Assembly: GCA_963706595.1 (NCBI GenBank) | Contig: OY970166.1 | Coordinates: 512,001-576,000, forward strand | Reading direction: 5' to 3' | Origin: an uncultured cyanobacterium | GTDB lineage: Bacteria > Cyanobacteriota > Cyanobacteriia > Cyanobacteriales > Nostocaceae | DNA length: 64,000 nucleotides | In this document: in pieces, positions 32,317 to 43,200 of the stretch | Position numbering within the stretch: position 1 is the first letter of the stretch | Layout: each line of letters starts with the position of its first letter | Notes under the pieces: generated by a model | Seen by the model: only the letters and a program-made list of their open reading frames with translations | Told to the model about the DNA's origin: nothing | Database searches by the model: none | Position numbers and translations under genes: made by a program

Positions 32317-32463
32317 TTAGGGATTTCCAGAAAATAAATTGCCCCATTTCATCAGACCATATTTGTTCTTTATCCCCCCTGCTCCCGTTCGGCTACGCTC
32401 ACGGCAAGCCTGCTCCCCTGCCTACCTCAGCAATGGAATATTTTTTTAATTGGAAGTCTCTTA
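32317..32463. repeat. MITE-like element with imperfect TIRs in a repeat-rich intergenic region
   Basis: TTAGGGATTTCCAGAAAATAAATT ... ATATTTTTTTAATTGGAAGTCTCTTA. Confidence 0.5.
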
Positions 32464-32656
32464 TAGATGGGGACTTCCGCGAGGCGTTAAATATTCTCAA
32501 ATAATCTTAATATTACTTATAAAAAAATCATAAATATAACTATCATGTCTGGTTTTTTGAAGTTATAAATCAATTTGTAAAAGATAATTGATATGTGTTG
32601 TGAAAACTATTCTTTCAGTTAGACTCTAAAAATACAACACAAGCAATTATTTTTTT

Positions 32657-33148
32657 ATGAATGCAATTTCTACAGTTGAATTCAAGAGACCAAATTGGCA
32701 AACAGCCATCATGTTCGCCTTGGGCTTTTGGTTGAGTGCTAGCCTAGTTTTAGACTGGGTAATTATGCCTAGCCTTTACCTTTCTGGCATGATGAGTCAA
32801 GCAGATTTTACGACAGCAGGCTATGTGATTTTTTGGAATTTTAATCGCATGGAATTGTTATCTGCGGCTGTAGTTTTGACTGGCGTACTGGCTTTGAGTA
32901 AAACAAAAGCTAGCTGGAATCCTCAAGTTATTATGGTTTCAATCATACTGCTGGCGATTACTTTGCTCGATACCTTTTTTCTGACTCCGCAAATGTGCGC
33001 TGTCGGCACTCATCTGAACTTATTTACCACAGCATCTGACATTCCCACGCAGATGAATTTACTACACAGTGGTTATTTTGTACTAGAAGCAGTGAAACTA
33101 TTGTCAGGCGGAACACTTTTAAGCTGGTGCTGGCGAGAACAAGTTTAG
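32657..33148 (+). CDS. Four-TM membrane protein (DUF4149-like)
   Basis: GFWLSASLVLDWVIMPSLY, FNRMEL, MNLLHSGY..LEAVKL. Confidence 0.75.
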   Translation: MNAISTVEFKRPNWQTAIMFALGFWLSASLVLDWVIMPSLYLSGMMSQADFTTAGYVIFWNFNRMELLSAAVVLTGVLALSKTKASWNPQVIMVSIILLAITLLDTFFLTPQMCAVGTHLNLFTTASDIPTQMNLLHSGYFVLEAVKLLSGGTLLSWCWREQV

Positions 33149-33179
33149 CTAAAATATGTCTAATCTTCAATTGCATCCA

Positions 33180-33224
33180 AAAACACAAACAGGCTAAGTA
33201 TATTTGAGCTTTTTTGTGTTTTTT
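33180..33224. terminator. Probable bidirectional terminator between convergent genes
   Basis: AAAACACAAACAGGCT ... AGCTTTTTTGTGTTTTTT inverted repeat. Confidence 0.55.
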
Positions 33225-33227
33225 CAA

Positions 33228-33521
33228 TTATTCCGCATCGGGTGAGGCTTCATTGTTAAAAAATAGCAAACGTGCAGCCAGGATAGCAAACCCGACAGCC
33301 GCGATCGCCTTTAATAAACGCGTCGGTAATAATTCCGCCACAGCACCCCCAGCTAATGATCCCAAAAGACTAGTTAGCAATAATGCGCCAGCCGTACCGA
33401 AGAATACTGCTTTCCGAGATTGAGAACGTCCCGAAAGTGCGATCGCAGCTAATTGGCTTTTGTCGCCTAATTCTGAGAGAAAAACTGTAACAAAGCTGAG
33501 TCCTAAAAGATGCCAGTCCAT
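33228..33521 (-). CDS. TMEM165/GDT1 (UPF0016) half-transporter
   Basis: FLSELGDKSQLAAI motif and 3 TM segments. Confidence 0.9.
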   Translation of the reverse strand: MDWHLLGLSFVTVFLSELGDKSQLAAIALSGRSQSRKAVFFGTAGALLLTSLLGSLAGGAVAELLPTRLLKAIAAVGFAILAARLLFFNNEASPDAE

Positions 33522-33532
33522 ATTTTTGGGTT

Positions 33533-33643
33533 AGTGGGGAGTGGGGAGTGGGGAGTGGGGAATGGGTAGTTTATTAATTACGAATTACGAATTATGAATT
33601 ACGAATTATGAATTACGAATTACGAATTACGAATTACGAATTA
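33533..33643. repeat. Two STRR tracts: (GGGGAGT)n and (TTACGAA)n
   Basis: Visible heptamer arrays; the second supplies the stop codon of the upstream gene. Confidence 0.85.
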
Positions 33644-34058
33644 CATCCCAAAACAACATCAGGGAAATGAACAGTAACATTATTCCTGCTGATTTTTCTA
33701 AAGTTTTGGGACTGAGGCGATTAGCCATCCAACCACCTAGAAGCACGCCTAACAAGCTGGTGGTAATTAGCGCTGCACCAGATCCGATAAACACTACCCA
33801 CGGTGCATGAGATTCTGCACTCATTAATAAAGTGGATAGCTGAGTTTTATCGCCAATTTCTGCAAGAAATATTGTAATGAAAGTGGTAGCGAAAATTGCT
33901 AATACTGATTCCTGCTTTTTTTGACTATCAGTAACTACAGGCTTAACTGGTTCAATGATTGCAGTCGTTAAGTTCGATTCGTTACAGTCTTTGATTTCTG
34001 GTTGGTTTTCCGTCTCAGATGTGACAGAAAAAGTTACAGGTACAGAGTCAAGTTTCAC
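33627..34058 (-). CDS. TMEM165/GDT1 (UPF0016) half-transporter
   Basis: FLAEIGDKTQLSTL motif and 3 TM segments. Confidence 0.9.
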   Translation of the reverse strand: MKLDSVPVTFSVTSETENQPEIKDCNESNLTTAIIEPVKPVVTDSQKKQESVLAIFATTFITIFLAEIGDKTQLSTLLMSAESHAPWVVFIGSGAALITTSLLGVLLGGWMANRLSPKTLEKSAGIMLLFISLMLFWDVIRNS

Positions 34059-34177
34059 AGGCAGTAGTTCTAGTTGCTAAATGGCTTTCATATTGTTCTC
34101 ATTTTCTCAGATGGTGGCTATAAATTGCAACCCCATTGCCCAAAATGCCATAGGTAAGGACTTGTAACTGATAACTG

Positions 34178-36166
34178 TTAACTGTGTGATGGTTTGGAGA
34201 TGAGAAGCCAAAGAAAATAAGGTGTCCCGATGAGGGCTGTAACTAAGCCAGAAGGAATTTCTTGAGGAGCTAGGACAACACGACCCACGATATCAGCTAA
34301 AGTTACTAAAATTGCGCCTAAAATCGCCGCTATTGGTAATAATTGGCGGTGGCGATCGCCTATTAATATTCTGGCAGTATGGGGAGCAATTAACCCCACA
34401 AAGCTGATAGTTCCCACTGTCGATACTGCCGCAGCTGCCAAAGCAACAGCGATCGCTAATATTACACCACGAGATGCCTGTAAACGCATCCCTAAAATTC
34501 GGGGTAAGTCTTCCCCTAACGCCATTAAATCGAGTTTGCGGGCAAATAACCACCCCAAAGGCAGTAAAATCACCGGAAAAGCCAACAATTGCCACACCTC
34601 ATCCCACTGACGAGCGTAGGTGCTACCAGCTAGCCACACTAAAGCCTGGGCTACCTGCAATTTTGACTTCACCACTAATAGGTTAATTCCAGCCGCACAA
34701 AAGGCAGACACCGCAATTCCGACTAATGCTAGCCTCGCTGGTGCGACACCGTTTTGCCAAGCTGCTACATAAACTACCCCAAAGGCAACAACTGCACCGA
34801 TAAAAGCCCCCATTGGGATAAATGTCACAGGCGTATTAGGTATCATTACTATTACCAGCAAAGCACCAAATCCTGCTCCCGAAGTAATACCCATAATTTC
34901 CGGGCCAGCTAGGGGATTTCTCACTACTCCCTGCAACAATAAGCCACTGATAGCTAAAGCTGCCCCTGCTAATAATGCTACTAGTAGGCGGGGTAGGCGT
35001 AAGTACAAGACAATTCTTTCTGTGAGAGCGTCACTGTCACCAGCAATGACTTGAATGAGTTGATTAATATTTAAATTAATATTGCCGAGGGATACTCCCA
35101 AAACCAGCACAAATAATAGGCAAAATAACCCAGCTAAAACTAAAACAGGATACGGAAAACGGGGTTTTAGAGGTATTTTTAAACCATGATTTCCCCCAGA
35201 TTTACTCAATAAACGAGGCGATGAACGCACTAGCCAGACTAAAAACGGTGCGCCCAGTAAAGCTGTGATTCCACCCGCAGGTAATTCACTAGATATCTGT
35301 TGTGCAACTGTATCAGCAGCTAGTAAAACCACTGCTCCCCAAATTGCGGCAGATGGTAATAAAATCAGGTGTCGCCGACATCCCATTAATTTGACTATAT
35401 GGGGTGCAACTAAACCGACAAAGCCAATTGTCCCGACCACACTCACGGCTACAGAGGCTAAAAATACAGCTAGGAGGATACTGCATAAGCGTGTCCACTG
35501 CACTTTTGAACCCAAGGAACGAGCTAAATCTTCGCCTAGCAGTAGGACATCTAAGGGTTTGGCAATTGTGAAAACTGCGATCGCTCCTAATAATACTCTA
35601 GGTGCAGCATAAATACTTCCCTCCCAATTGGTTTGCACAAGGGAACCCGCACCCCAAAAAAATAAATCACTGGTTTCGTTTTCGTACAACAATTGTAAAG
35701 CGGAAGTGAACGCCGCTAAAGCCAAGGAAACCGCCATTCCTGAGAGGGTGAGCCTGATGGGGGTGATGTCTTTACCGACAGCAGCTATGGTGTATACAAG
35801 TAACGCCGCTAATAAACCACCCATAAATGCGATTAACAAAGGCGACCAAGCAAATATTTCTGGTGCAAATATGGTGGTGGCGGTGACGGCTAAATAAGCG
35901 CCAGCATTTACTCCTAATGTTGCGGGTGAGGCTAGGGGGTTACGGGTGACTGTCTGGAATAATGCGCCGGCTATTCCCAAGGCTGCACCTGCTAATATGC
36001 CAATTACGGTGCGGGGTAGTTTGATGTAACGCACGATGTTATGTAAGGCGCTATCATCTGGGGTGAATATGGCTGTGATAACGGTGGTGGGATGTTGGTT
36101 GATGTGGAGGAAGAGGAGGGTTAGTAGTATTAGGGTTCCTGTGATTAGGGGGCGAGTTTTGAGCAT
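34178..36166 (-). CDS. fhuB: Fe3+-hydroxamate ABC permease with two fused FecCD domains
   Basis: 662 aa; two RNPLA.P motifs and two FVGL..PH motifs. Confidence 0.9.
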   Translation of the reverse strand: MLKTRPLITGTLILLTLLFLHINQHPTTVITAIFTPDDSALHNIVRYIKLPRTVIGILAGAALGIAGALFQTVTRNPLASPATLGVNAGAYLAVTATTIFAPEIFAWSPLLIAFMGGLLAALLVYTIAAVGKDITPIRLTLSGMAVSLALAAFTSALQLLYENETSDLFFWGAGSLVQTNWEGSIYAAPRVLLGAIAVFTIAKPLDVLLLGEDLARSLGSKVQWTRLCSILLAVFLASVAVSVVGTIGFVGLVAPHIVKLMGCRRHLILLPSAAIWGAVVLLAADTVAQQISSELPAGGITALLGAPFLVWLVRSSPRLLSKSGGNHGLKIPLKPRFPYPVLVLAGLFCLLFVLVLGVSLGNINLNINQLIQVIAGDSDALTERIVLYLRLPRLLVALLAGAALAISGLLLQGVVRNPLAGPEIMGITSGAGFGALLVIVMIPNTPVTFIPMGAFIGAVVAFGVVYVAAWQNGVAPARLALVGIAVSAFCAAGINLLVVKSKLQVAQALVWLAGSTYARQWDEVWQLLAFPVILLPLGWLFARKLDLMALGEDLPRILGMRLQASRGVILAIAVALAAAAVSTVGTISFVGLIAPHTARILIGDRHRQLLPIAAILGAILVTLADIVGRVVLAPQEIPSGLVTALIGTPYFLWLLISKPSHS

Positions 36167-36226
36167 GGATTTATATCACGCAGAGGCGCAGAGACGCAGA
36201 GAATGAGAGTTTGAGAGTTTTATATT

Positions 36227-37132
36227 CTATTTGGTTAGGGATTTGATGACTTTTTCTATTAATATTTGGGCTGATAGGTGTCCGCCAAATAGCCAGGTGT
36301 CTGGTGCGATCGCATATAATCTTTTTTGTTGGACAAATTCTAGTCCTTTCCATACGGGGTTGTTTTGTAGTTGTTTTTGGTAGGTACTGTTGGGTGCTGG
36401 TATGTAGATGAAGTTGGCGTTTTCTACTTTTGGTAGTGCTTCTACCCAAACTGTATTGAAGCCAAAACGGTCAAAGTCTCCTTTCCAGGTGTTGTTTAAG
36501 CCGATGGCGGTTAGTATTTGTGCAGCCATTGAGTTATCTGTAAACAGGCGCATTTGAGGGGTGTTTTCACTGAATTGTGCTAGGATAAAATCAAGTTTTT
36601 CAGTATTTTTGATGGCAGTGGCTGCTTTTTGGATGGTGGTTTGTGTTTGTTGTATTACTGTCTCAGCTACATCTTGACGGTTGACACGTTCAGCAATTTG
36701 TCGGAATGTTTGCTGCATTTCATCTAGTTGACTCAATTCTCCCGCCGATGGATAGGGGTTAAAGAGTAGAGTGGGTGCGATCGCTGATAGGGTATCGTAG
36801 ATGGTTTGATGTCTTAACTCTACACCTAGTATTAAATCAGGTTTTAATTGCGCGATCGCTTCTAAACTCGGTTCTTGGCGTGTCCCTACATCAACTACAC
36901 TTTCAGCTAGGGATGGTTGTACGTTCACATATTTTTGATAGCCCCGGATATCTGCAACTCCTACAGGCTGGATTCCCAAGGCTAGGAGGTTTTCTGCATA
37001 CACCCATTCGAGAGCAACTACTTTAGTGGCAATTTTGCTAAAATTTTGGGGACGGGGAGAACGATTACAAGCTACTGTTAAGGCGGAAGCTGTCGCCGCA
37101 GTTAAAAAGTCACGTCTGGTAAATTTGCTCAT
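36227..37132 (-). CDS. fhuD: Fe3+-siderophore periplasmic binding lipoprotein
   Basis: Tat-like TRRDFL, lipobox TVAC, VVALEW, DVGTRQEPSLEAIAQLKPDLIL. Confidence 0.88.
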   Translation of the reverse strand: MSKFTRRDFLTAATASALTVACNRSPRPQNFSKIATKVVALEWVYAENLLALGIQPVGVADIRGYQKYVNVQPSLAESVVDVGTRQEPSLEAIAQLKPDLILGVELRHQTIYDTLSAIAPTLLFNPYPSAGELSQLDEMQQTFRQIAERVNRQDVAETVIQQTQTTIQKAATAIKNTEKLDFILAQFSENTPQMRLFTDNSMAAQILTAIGLNNTWKGDFDRFGFNTVWVEALPKVENANFIYIPAPNSTYQKQLQNNPVWKGLEFVQQKRLYAIAPDTWLFGGHLSAQILIEKVIKSLTK

Positions 37133-37241
37133 TTTGCTATAGCTATCCTATTTGAATTTATCGAACCGCCAAGTCGCCAAGGTCGCCAAGTGAAGAAGTA
37201 AAGATGCTATAAATTAATTTGTAATTCGTAATTCGTAATCC

Positions 37242-38057
37242 CTAATACCCAATCCCCATTTGAGAAGGTAAACAGGTAGGATAGCCATTGATTGGATGAG
37301 GAATCACTGTCATTTCTACATCGAATACTTGCTGAATTGTACTGGCTGTGATCACTTCTTTTGGTGTGCCAACGGCTACTACTTTTCCTTGCTTGAGCAT
37401 GATTAGGCGATCGCTATAAGCTGCGGCTTGATTTAAATCATGTAACACCCAACCAACGGTTATTCCATGTTCTTGGTTGAGTCGTCGCACTAAGCCTAAG
37501 ACTTCTATTTGATGGCGAATATCTAAAAATGTTGTGGGTTCATCCAGTAATAATACTTGGGTTTGCTGTGCTAAAGCCATCGCTATCCAAGCCCTTTGAC
37601 GTTCACCACCAGAAAGGCTATCTACTATTCTGTCTGCTAGGGGTTCTAGTCCGGTTACAGCTAACGCCCATTCCATCGCTGCAATATCTTTTGGAGAAAA
37701 ACCACCTAATAGATTCTGATGGGGATAGCGACCATAACCGATTAATTCCCACACAGTCACACTGGGCGGTGCTTCTGAGGATTGGGGTAATATTGTCAGT
37801 TTGCGTGCTAACTCTTTTGTGGGTATCTGGGTAATATTGCGACCGTTCAAATAAATAGCACCCTTATTTGCGGGAATAAGTCTTGCTAGGGTGCGTAACA
37901 CAGTACTTTTCCCAGAACCATTCGGCCCCAGTAATGCAGTGATTTCTCCCAGCAGAAACGTTACTGAGAGGTCAGCAACGATGATTTTGCCATCATAAGC
38001 AATTTGCAGATTTTGAGATGCGATCGCCGCAGGCGGGGCGTAGTCCATCGCCGACAA
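37242..38057 (-). CDS. fhuC: Fe3+-hydroxamate ABC ATP-binding protein
   Basis: [25 protein letters not shown]. Confidence 0.9.
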   Translation of the reverse strand: MSAMDYAPPAAIASQNLQIAYDGKIIVADLSVTFLLGEITALLGPNGSGKSTVLRTLARLIPANKGAIYLNGRNITQIPTKELARKLTILPQSSEAPPSVTVWELIGYGRYPHQNLLGGFSPKDIAAMEWALAVTGLEPLADRIVDSLSGGERQRAWIAMALAQQTQVLLLDEPTTFLDIRHQIEVLGLVRRLNQEHGITVGWVLHDLNQAAAYSDRLIMLKQGKVVAVGTPKEVITASTIQQVFDVEMTVIPHPINGYPTCLPSQMGIGY

Positions 38058-38479
38058 TTCCTGACCTCCTGATATTTAACAGCTTTTGACACCAAGCGCC
38101 TAGAAGTCGCAGCTACACAGATACAATTCTCTGTATTTTTACTCCTAACTCAGCACTGTTTGTTGAAAGCCATAACAACTATATAGCTAATCTAATTGTG
38201 AATATCTTTGTCAAGTATTTGCTTTCATCTTGATAATATTTACCAGTTTTATAGCATTATCTACTGTATACAATAATTTGCTCCTGTTTTTGCTCAACAG
38301 GCGATTGCCCTTATTTAGCCTATCAGAAAGGGGGAGCTAAAAAATTTTCCATAAATACTTGTGTAAATTCTGGAATAGAGATATTTTGATAAAGCCAGCA
38401 GCTACTGCCAATACAAATCAATAACTATCTGCGATAGATTATCACTAAGCATAATCCAGTTGCAAATTTCAGGTGTGAA

Positions 38480-40576
38480 GTGAACATGAAACCCGCAAAA
38501 ATCCTTTTTATTCTCTTATTTACAGGCTCTGTTTGGTCATTAATCAACCATCCTGGTAAAAGTCAGGAAGCAGAGAAAATCAAAACCTCATCCCTTGACA
38601 CCCATTTACTGACACAATCACCTAACCCTCAGAAATTGATTCAAGTGACTGGCGTGAGGGTTGTGCCTACAGATCAAGGTGTAGAGGTAATATTAGAAAC
38701 TAACGCCGCCGAAGAATTACAGGTATCAACGGAAAATCAAGGTAATAGTTTAATTGCTGATATCACTAACGCTCAATTGAATCTGTCTTCAGGAAATACA
38801 TTCAGCCAGGAAAATCCAGCCACAGGTGTCACTGCTGTAACCGTTGTTAATCAAGATGACAATACTATCCGGGTGACGGTGACTGGTGAGCAAACCATTC
38901 CCAAGGTTGTATTATTTGATAGTGATACAGGTTTAATTTTAGCCTTCACACCTACAGAAGTAGTCGCCGCCCCAACACCGCCAGAAACACCACCAGAAAC
39001 GCTACCAGAACCTCAAACCCAATCAGAAGCGGATCAACCGATTGAATTAGTAGTAACAGCAACGCGTACAGCAGCACCGATCCAAAATGTACCGCGTTCA
39101 ATCACGGTAATTAACCGCGAACAAATTGAGGAACAAACCAGCCTTTCCCGCAACTTAATCGAAACTTTGGGTAAAACGGTTCCTGGTTTAGCACCTCCAG
39201 CACAAGGCGCGAGTAATTTTGGATTGACTTTACGGGGAAGAAATCCCCAAGTTTTGATTGATGGTGTTCCCCAATCGACTACTCGAAATGCGGCGCGTGA
39301 TTTGAGAACCATTGACTCTGCGGCGATTGAACGAATTGAAGTAGTGCGTGGTCCTAGTGCAATTTATGGCGATGGTGCGACAGGGGGTGTGATTAACATC
39401 ATCACACGACGACCAACTACAGAAAGTTTGATTTCGCGGACAGAATTAGGTGTGAGTGCAGCTTTAGGTAATCTGGAAGAGGAAAGTTTTAGCACCAATT
39501 TACAGCATTTTCTCTCGGTGAGACAGGATAATCTCGATTTTACCTTTAACTTTGGACTGGCGAAAACCGGCGGATTTTTTGATGCTGAAGGCGATCGCAT
39601 TCCTTCTGATCCTAATGGTCAAGGTGGCTTTTCGGATGCTTCGAGTTTTAACTTATTTGGAAAGTTCGGTATTGATTTAGATGCGAATCAACGTGTACAA
39701 CTAACTTTTAATCACTTCGACGAAAAGCAAGATACAAATATTGCTAGTGACCCCAGTGTTAATACTACCCCTGGAAGACAAAAGGCGCGTGCTTTGACAG
39801 GGTTGAGTTTGGATGAAAAACCAGGACACGAAAACACTTTGTTCAACTTGCATTACAGTCATGAGGACTTATTTAATAGTAAGTTGCAAGCACAGTTATA
39901 TTACCGGGATTACCTGACACGCTTCTATCCCTTTGATGCTCGTAATTTTGCCAGTTTAGGTAACGAAATCTTTCAATCACGGGTAGAGTCAGAAAAGTAT
40001 GGCGGACGCTTGCAGATTGAAACGCCTCTATTTGACCAGGGTGCAGCTAAAATACTTTGGGGTGTGGATTACTCCAAAGAAAATACATCCCAACCTGTAT
40101 CTGTATTTGATCAAGCTGCGTTTGTGTCCAGTGGGGGGTTAGCATTTCGTAAAACAGGCGATCGCTCTTGGACTCCGCCTTTAGAATTAAGAAGCCTGGG
40201 ATTGTTTGCTCAGTTGAATTGGGAGCTAGGCGATCGCATAGTATTAAATGGTGGTGTCCGCTACGAAAATGCTGATGTGAGTGTGGATGATTTCAGCACC
40301 TTAGCCAATCCCAACTCAACTATTCCCGGTGGTGATTTAAATTTTGATGCGACTTTGTTCAATATCGGTGCAGTGTACGCCCTTAACCCAGAACTAAGCA
40401 TCTTTGCTAACTATGCTCAAGGTTTCTCATTATCAGATATTGGTTTAGTCCTCCGCAATGCCCAACCAGGATTTTCTGTAGAATCTCTGAATCCAGAACC
40501 ACAAAAAGTAGATAACTATGAAATTGGGATTCGGGGACAATGGGATTCTGTCCAAGCATCTCTGGCGGCATTTTAT
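38480..40576 (+). pseudogene. TonB-dependent siderophore receptor (IutA/SchT-like), 5' part, interrupted by an IS
   Basis: AMIN-like N-terminus, TonB box ELVVTATR, plug IERIEVVRGPSAIYG. Receptor sequence stops at ...LAAFY. Confidence 0.9.
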
Positions 40577-41990
40577 CAAATAATTGGGTTAAAAACCCCG
40601 TGCTTGCAGCACGGCTTTAATTTACTAGACAAAATAGTGTTAGTAAATATCTTGTAGAATAGTCAAATGCTAACCATGAATTACCGCTATCGAATCTACC
40701 CGACTATCACCCAAGAACAAACACTTCTTGAGTGGATGGATATTTGTCGCGTTGCCTACAACTATGGGTTGCGAGAAATTAAGGACTGGTGCAATAGTCG
40801 TAAGTGCATGGTTGACAGATGTTCGATTAGTCATGAATATATCATAGCTGCGGACGCTCCTTTCCCTGGTGAAGTGCGCCAACTTAATGCTTTGCCAAAA
40901 GCTAAAAAAGTATTTCCCCGATTAAGCGAAGTACCAAGTCAGGTTTTGCAGCAAGCACTCAAACAATTACACCGAGCATGGGAGGGATTTCAGAAAATTG
41001 GGCATGGGTTTCCCAGATTTAAAAAGTTTGGGCAGTTCAAGTCTTTGCTGTTCCCTCAGTTTAAACAGAACCCAGTGCAAGGAATACATATTGCGCTGCC
41101 TAAACTGGGATTGATTCAGATTAACTGGCATCGCCCAATTCCAAATGGATTTGTGGTTAAGCAAGTTCGGATAATTAACAAAGCCAATGTTTGGTACGCT
41201 TCTATCAACATTCAATGTGATGTTAATGTTCCTAGTCCCATGCCGCATGGTCATCCCATTGGGGTAGATGTAGGACTGGAAAAGTTTTTAGCAACCAGTG
41301 ATGGTGTTCTCGTCAAATCGCCCAAATTCCTGAAAGTGATGCAAAGCCAGCTGAAATTGCTGCAACGCAGGCTGTCTCGGAAAAAGAAGCGTTCTAAAAA
41401 TTACGAGAAACAACGCATCAAGGTTGCTAGACTTCACCACAGGATTGATAACACCCGCAAAGATTACCATTTCAAACAAGCTCATGCTCTTTGTGATGCT
41501 GGTGATATGGTCTTCATGGAAGACTTGGATTACCGGACTTTAGCAAAAGGAATGCTTGGGTTACAGATGCTTGATGCTGGGTTTGGACAATTCCGAACCA
41601 TCACCAAGTACGTGTGTTGGAAACGTGGTAAATTCTTTGCTGAAGTTAGCGCTAGGGGAACTTCTCAAGAGTGTCCCGAATGTGGTGCAGAAGTTAGAAA
41701 AGACTTGAGCGTTAGAGTGCATCATTGCCCTAGTTGTAATTACACGACTGATAGAGATGTTGCTAGTGGTCAAGTAATTAGAAACAGAGGAATTCAATTA
41801 ATTAGTACCGATGGGCAGTCGGGAATCCAAAACGCCTATGCAGACGGTTTTCCGGGGATTGAAGAAATTCAGTCTAGGTCAAAGTCGAAAACCCGTAAGA
41901 CTCGCTTTGAGCGCAGTCCCAAGGAAGCAACTAGGAAAACTAAGAAGTGATTCTTAGAAGCTCCGTACCTTTAGGTCGGAGTCATGTCAC
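40577..41990 (+). mobile_element. IS200/IS605-family element carrying tnpB only (IS1341-like), 1414 bp
   Basis: Inserted 3' of TTTAT with no target duplication. Subterminal hairpins CCGTGCT-TGC-AGCACGG and CTCCG.ACCT-TT-AGGT-CGGAG; ends in TCAC. Removing it restores the receptor frame. Confidence 0.93.
40667..41950 (+). CDS. tnpB: RNA-guided endonuclease TnpB
   Basis: YRYRIYPT, RuvC motifs GVDVGL / FMEDL / DRDVAS, zinc ribbon CPECG..HCPSC. Confidence 0.94.
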   Translation: MLTMNYRYRIYPTITQEQTLLEWMDICRVAYNYGLREIKDWCNSRKCMVDRCSISHEYIIAADAPFPGEVRQLNALPKAKKVFPRLSEVPSQVLQQALKQLHRAWEGFQKIGHGFPRFKKFGQFKSLLFPQFKQNPVQGIHIALPKLGLIQINWHRPIPNGFVVKQVRIINKANVWYASINIQCDVNVPSPMPHGHPIGVDVGLEKFLATSDGVLVKSPKFLKVMQSQLKLLQRRLSRKKKRSKNYEKQRIKVARLHHRIDNTRKDYHFKQAHALCDAGDMVFMEDLDYRTLAKGMLGLQMLDAGFGQFRTITKYVCWKRGKFFAEVSARGTSQECPECGAEVRKDLSVRVHHCPSCNYTTDRDVASGQVIRNRGIQLISTDGQSGIQNAYADGFPGIEEIQSRSKSKTRKTRFERSPKEATRKTKK

Positions 41991-42506
41991 AACGAGTCGG
42001 ACTTAGGTACAACCTTCACCGCACCGGGGACTATAATTCGCGCCCCAGAAAGAATCTATGGTTTAGAAGCCGCAATTGACGCACAAGCTAGCCCTACATG
42101 GCAATTTGGCGGGACATTCACCCTAATTGGCGGGGAAATTGACAGGAATAATAATGGCGATTACGAATCTTTAGATGGGTTTAGAATTCCCCCCTTAAAA
42201 CTGACTGCGTATGTAGAAAATGAGACTTTACCTGGTTGGCGAAATCGTCTACAAGCTTTGTTCTCTGGTGATCGAGAAGTGTTTGCTAATAACAATACCG
42301 CCTTTGGTAGAAGACCTGTAGAAAGTTACTTGACAGTGGACTATATTAGCAGCGTGAAACTTGGCACAGGGACATTACAAATAGGGTTAGAAAACCTATT
42401 TAATAGTCAATATTTTCCTGTAGTTTCACAACTGCAACCCAATGATAGTGCCTACGCTGCGGCTAGGGGTAGAACTGTGAGTATTAAATATTCTGTTGAT
42501 TGGTAA
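41991..42506 (+). pseudogene. TonB-dependent receptor, 3' part
   Basis: Open frame NESDLGTTFTAPGTIIRAPERIYGLE...GLENLFNSQY...RGRTVSIKYSVDW*, ending in a beta-barrel aromatic residue. Confidence 0.9.
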
Positions 42507-42725
42507 AGTTGCATCATGAGGACAAGCAAGATGTGCATCCCACAAGAAATTACTACCATGTACACACAAATCGGGAAATTCTGTGCTGTGTCATAAGACC
42601 CCACCCCTAACCCCTCCCCGCAAGCGAGGAGGGGAACTGGATTTCCGGTTAAATTCTGTTTTTAGGACTGACAAATCAAAAAACATTCCAAATTTTCTTG
42701 TGGGATGGGTGTCCCCACCCGTCCC

Positions 42726-43076
42726 CTAAAAACCAACGGCTTTATCAAAGCGGAGAATTTCCAAACTGCGATCGCCATAAACGCCCTCTATTTGCTGACG
42801 ACAGCAGTCAATGGCAAAATCGTCAAGTTCTTCTGGCTCAATTTCGTACATATCCTGAAATATTTCTGGTTCAACACGGCAGAACCGGGGGCGATTTGCA
42901 TAGATACTGCATTCTCGGTTGGTATGGTCGAAATTAACGCACCATCCGCCTTCGCCCACCATACTCAGGTATAGTTCCAATTCGGCTGGTGAGAGATATT
43001 CTTCTAAGTCTGGACGTTCTGCGGGGTCAAGATTACAACAAGCCCCACATTGTTTAACACATTGCCAGTTTGCCAT
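42726..43076 (-). CDS. YkgJ-family cysteine-cluster protein
   Basis: CVKQCGACC...WCVNFD...CSIYANRPRFCR. Confidence 0.88.
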   Translation of the reverse strand: MANWQCVKQCGACCNLDPAERPDLEEYLSPAELELYLSMVGEGGWCVNFDHTNRECSIYANRPRFCRVEPEIFQDMYEIEPEELDDFAIDCCRQQIEGVYGDRSLEILRFDKAVGF

Positions 43077-43200
43077 TTTATTTATTTTCCTATAATTTTG
43101 TTAAGTAAATTAAATCTAACAGCCCACGGCCAGATATGATTAATGGCGAGTTTTACAACTGTGTTACTGTATTTTGAAAAATTAAGAGGACAAGGGAAAA

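Noticed and set aside
31961..32504. ORFs 31961-32257 and 32160-32504
   Set aside because: They overlap the cyaB2 end and a mosaic of dispersed repeats, with no protein-like motifs.
40577..40657. C-terminal tail QIIGLKTPCLQHGF... of the 725-aa receptor ORF
   Set aside because: Read-through into the IS left end, not receptor sequence.
40667..41950. TnpB as a Cas12-type effector for the CRISPR array
   Set aside because: It sits in a complete IS 20 kb away, and the repeat is type I-D-like.
40577..41990. Possible IStron (self-splicing element restoring the receptor mRNA)
   Set aside because: Only 90 nt precede tnpB and 40 nt follow it, leaving no room for a group I intron core.
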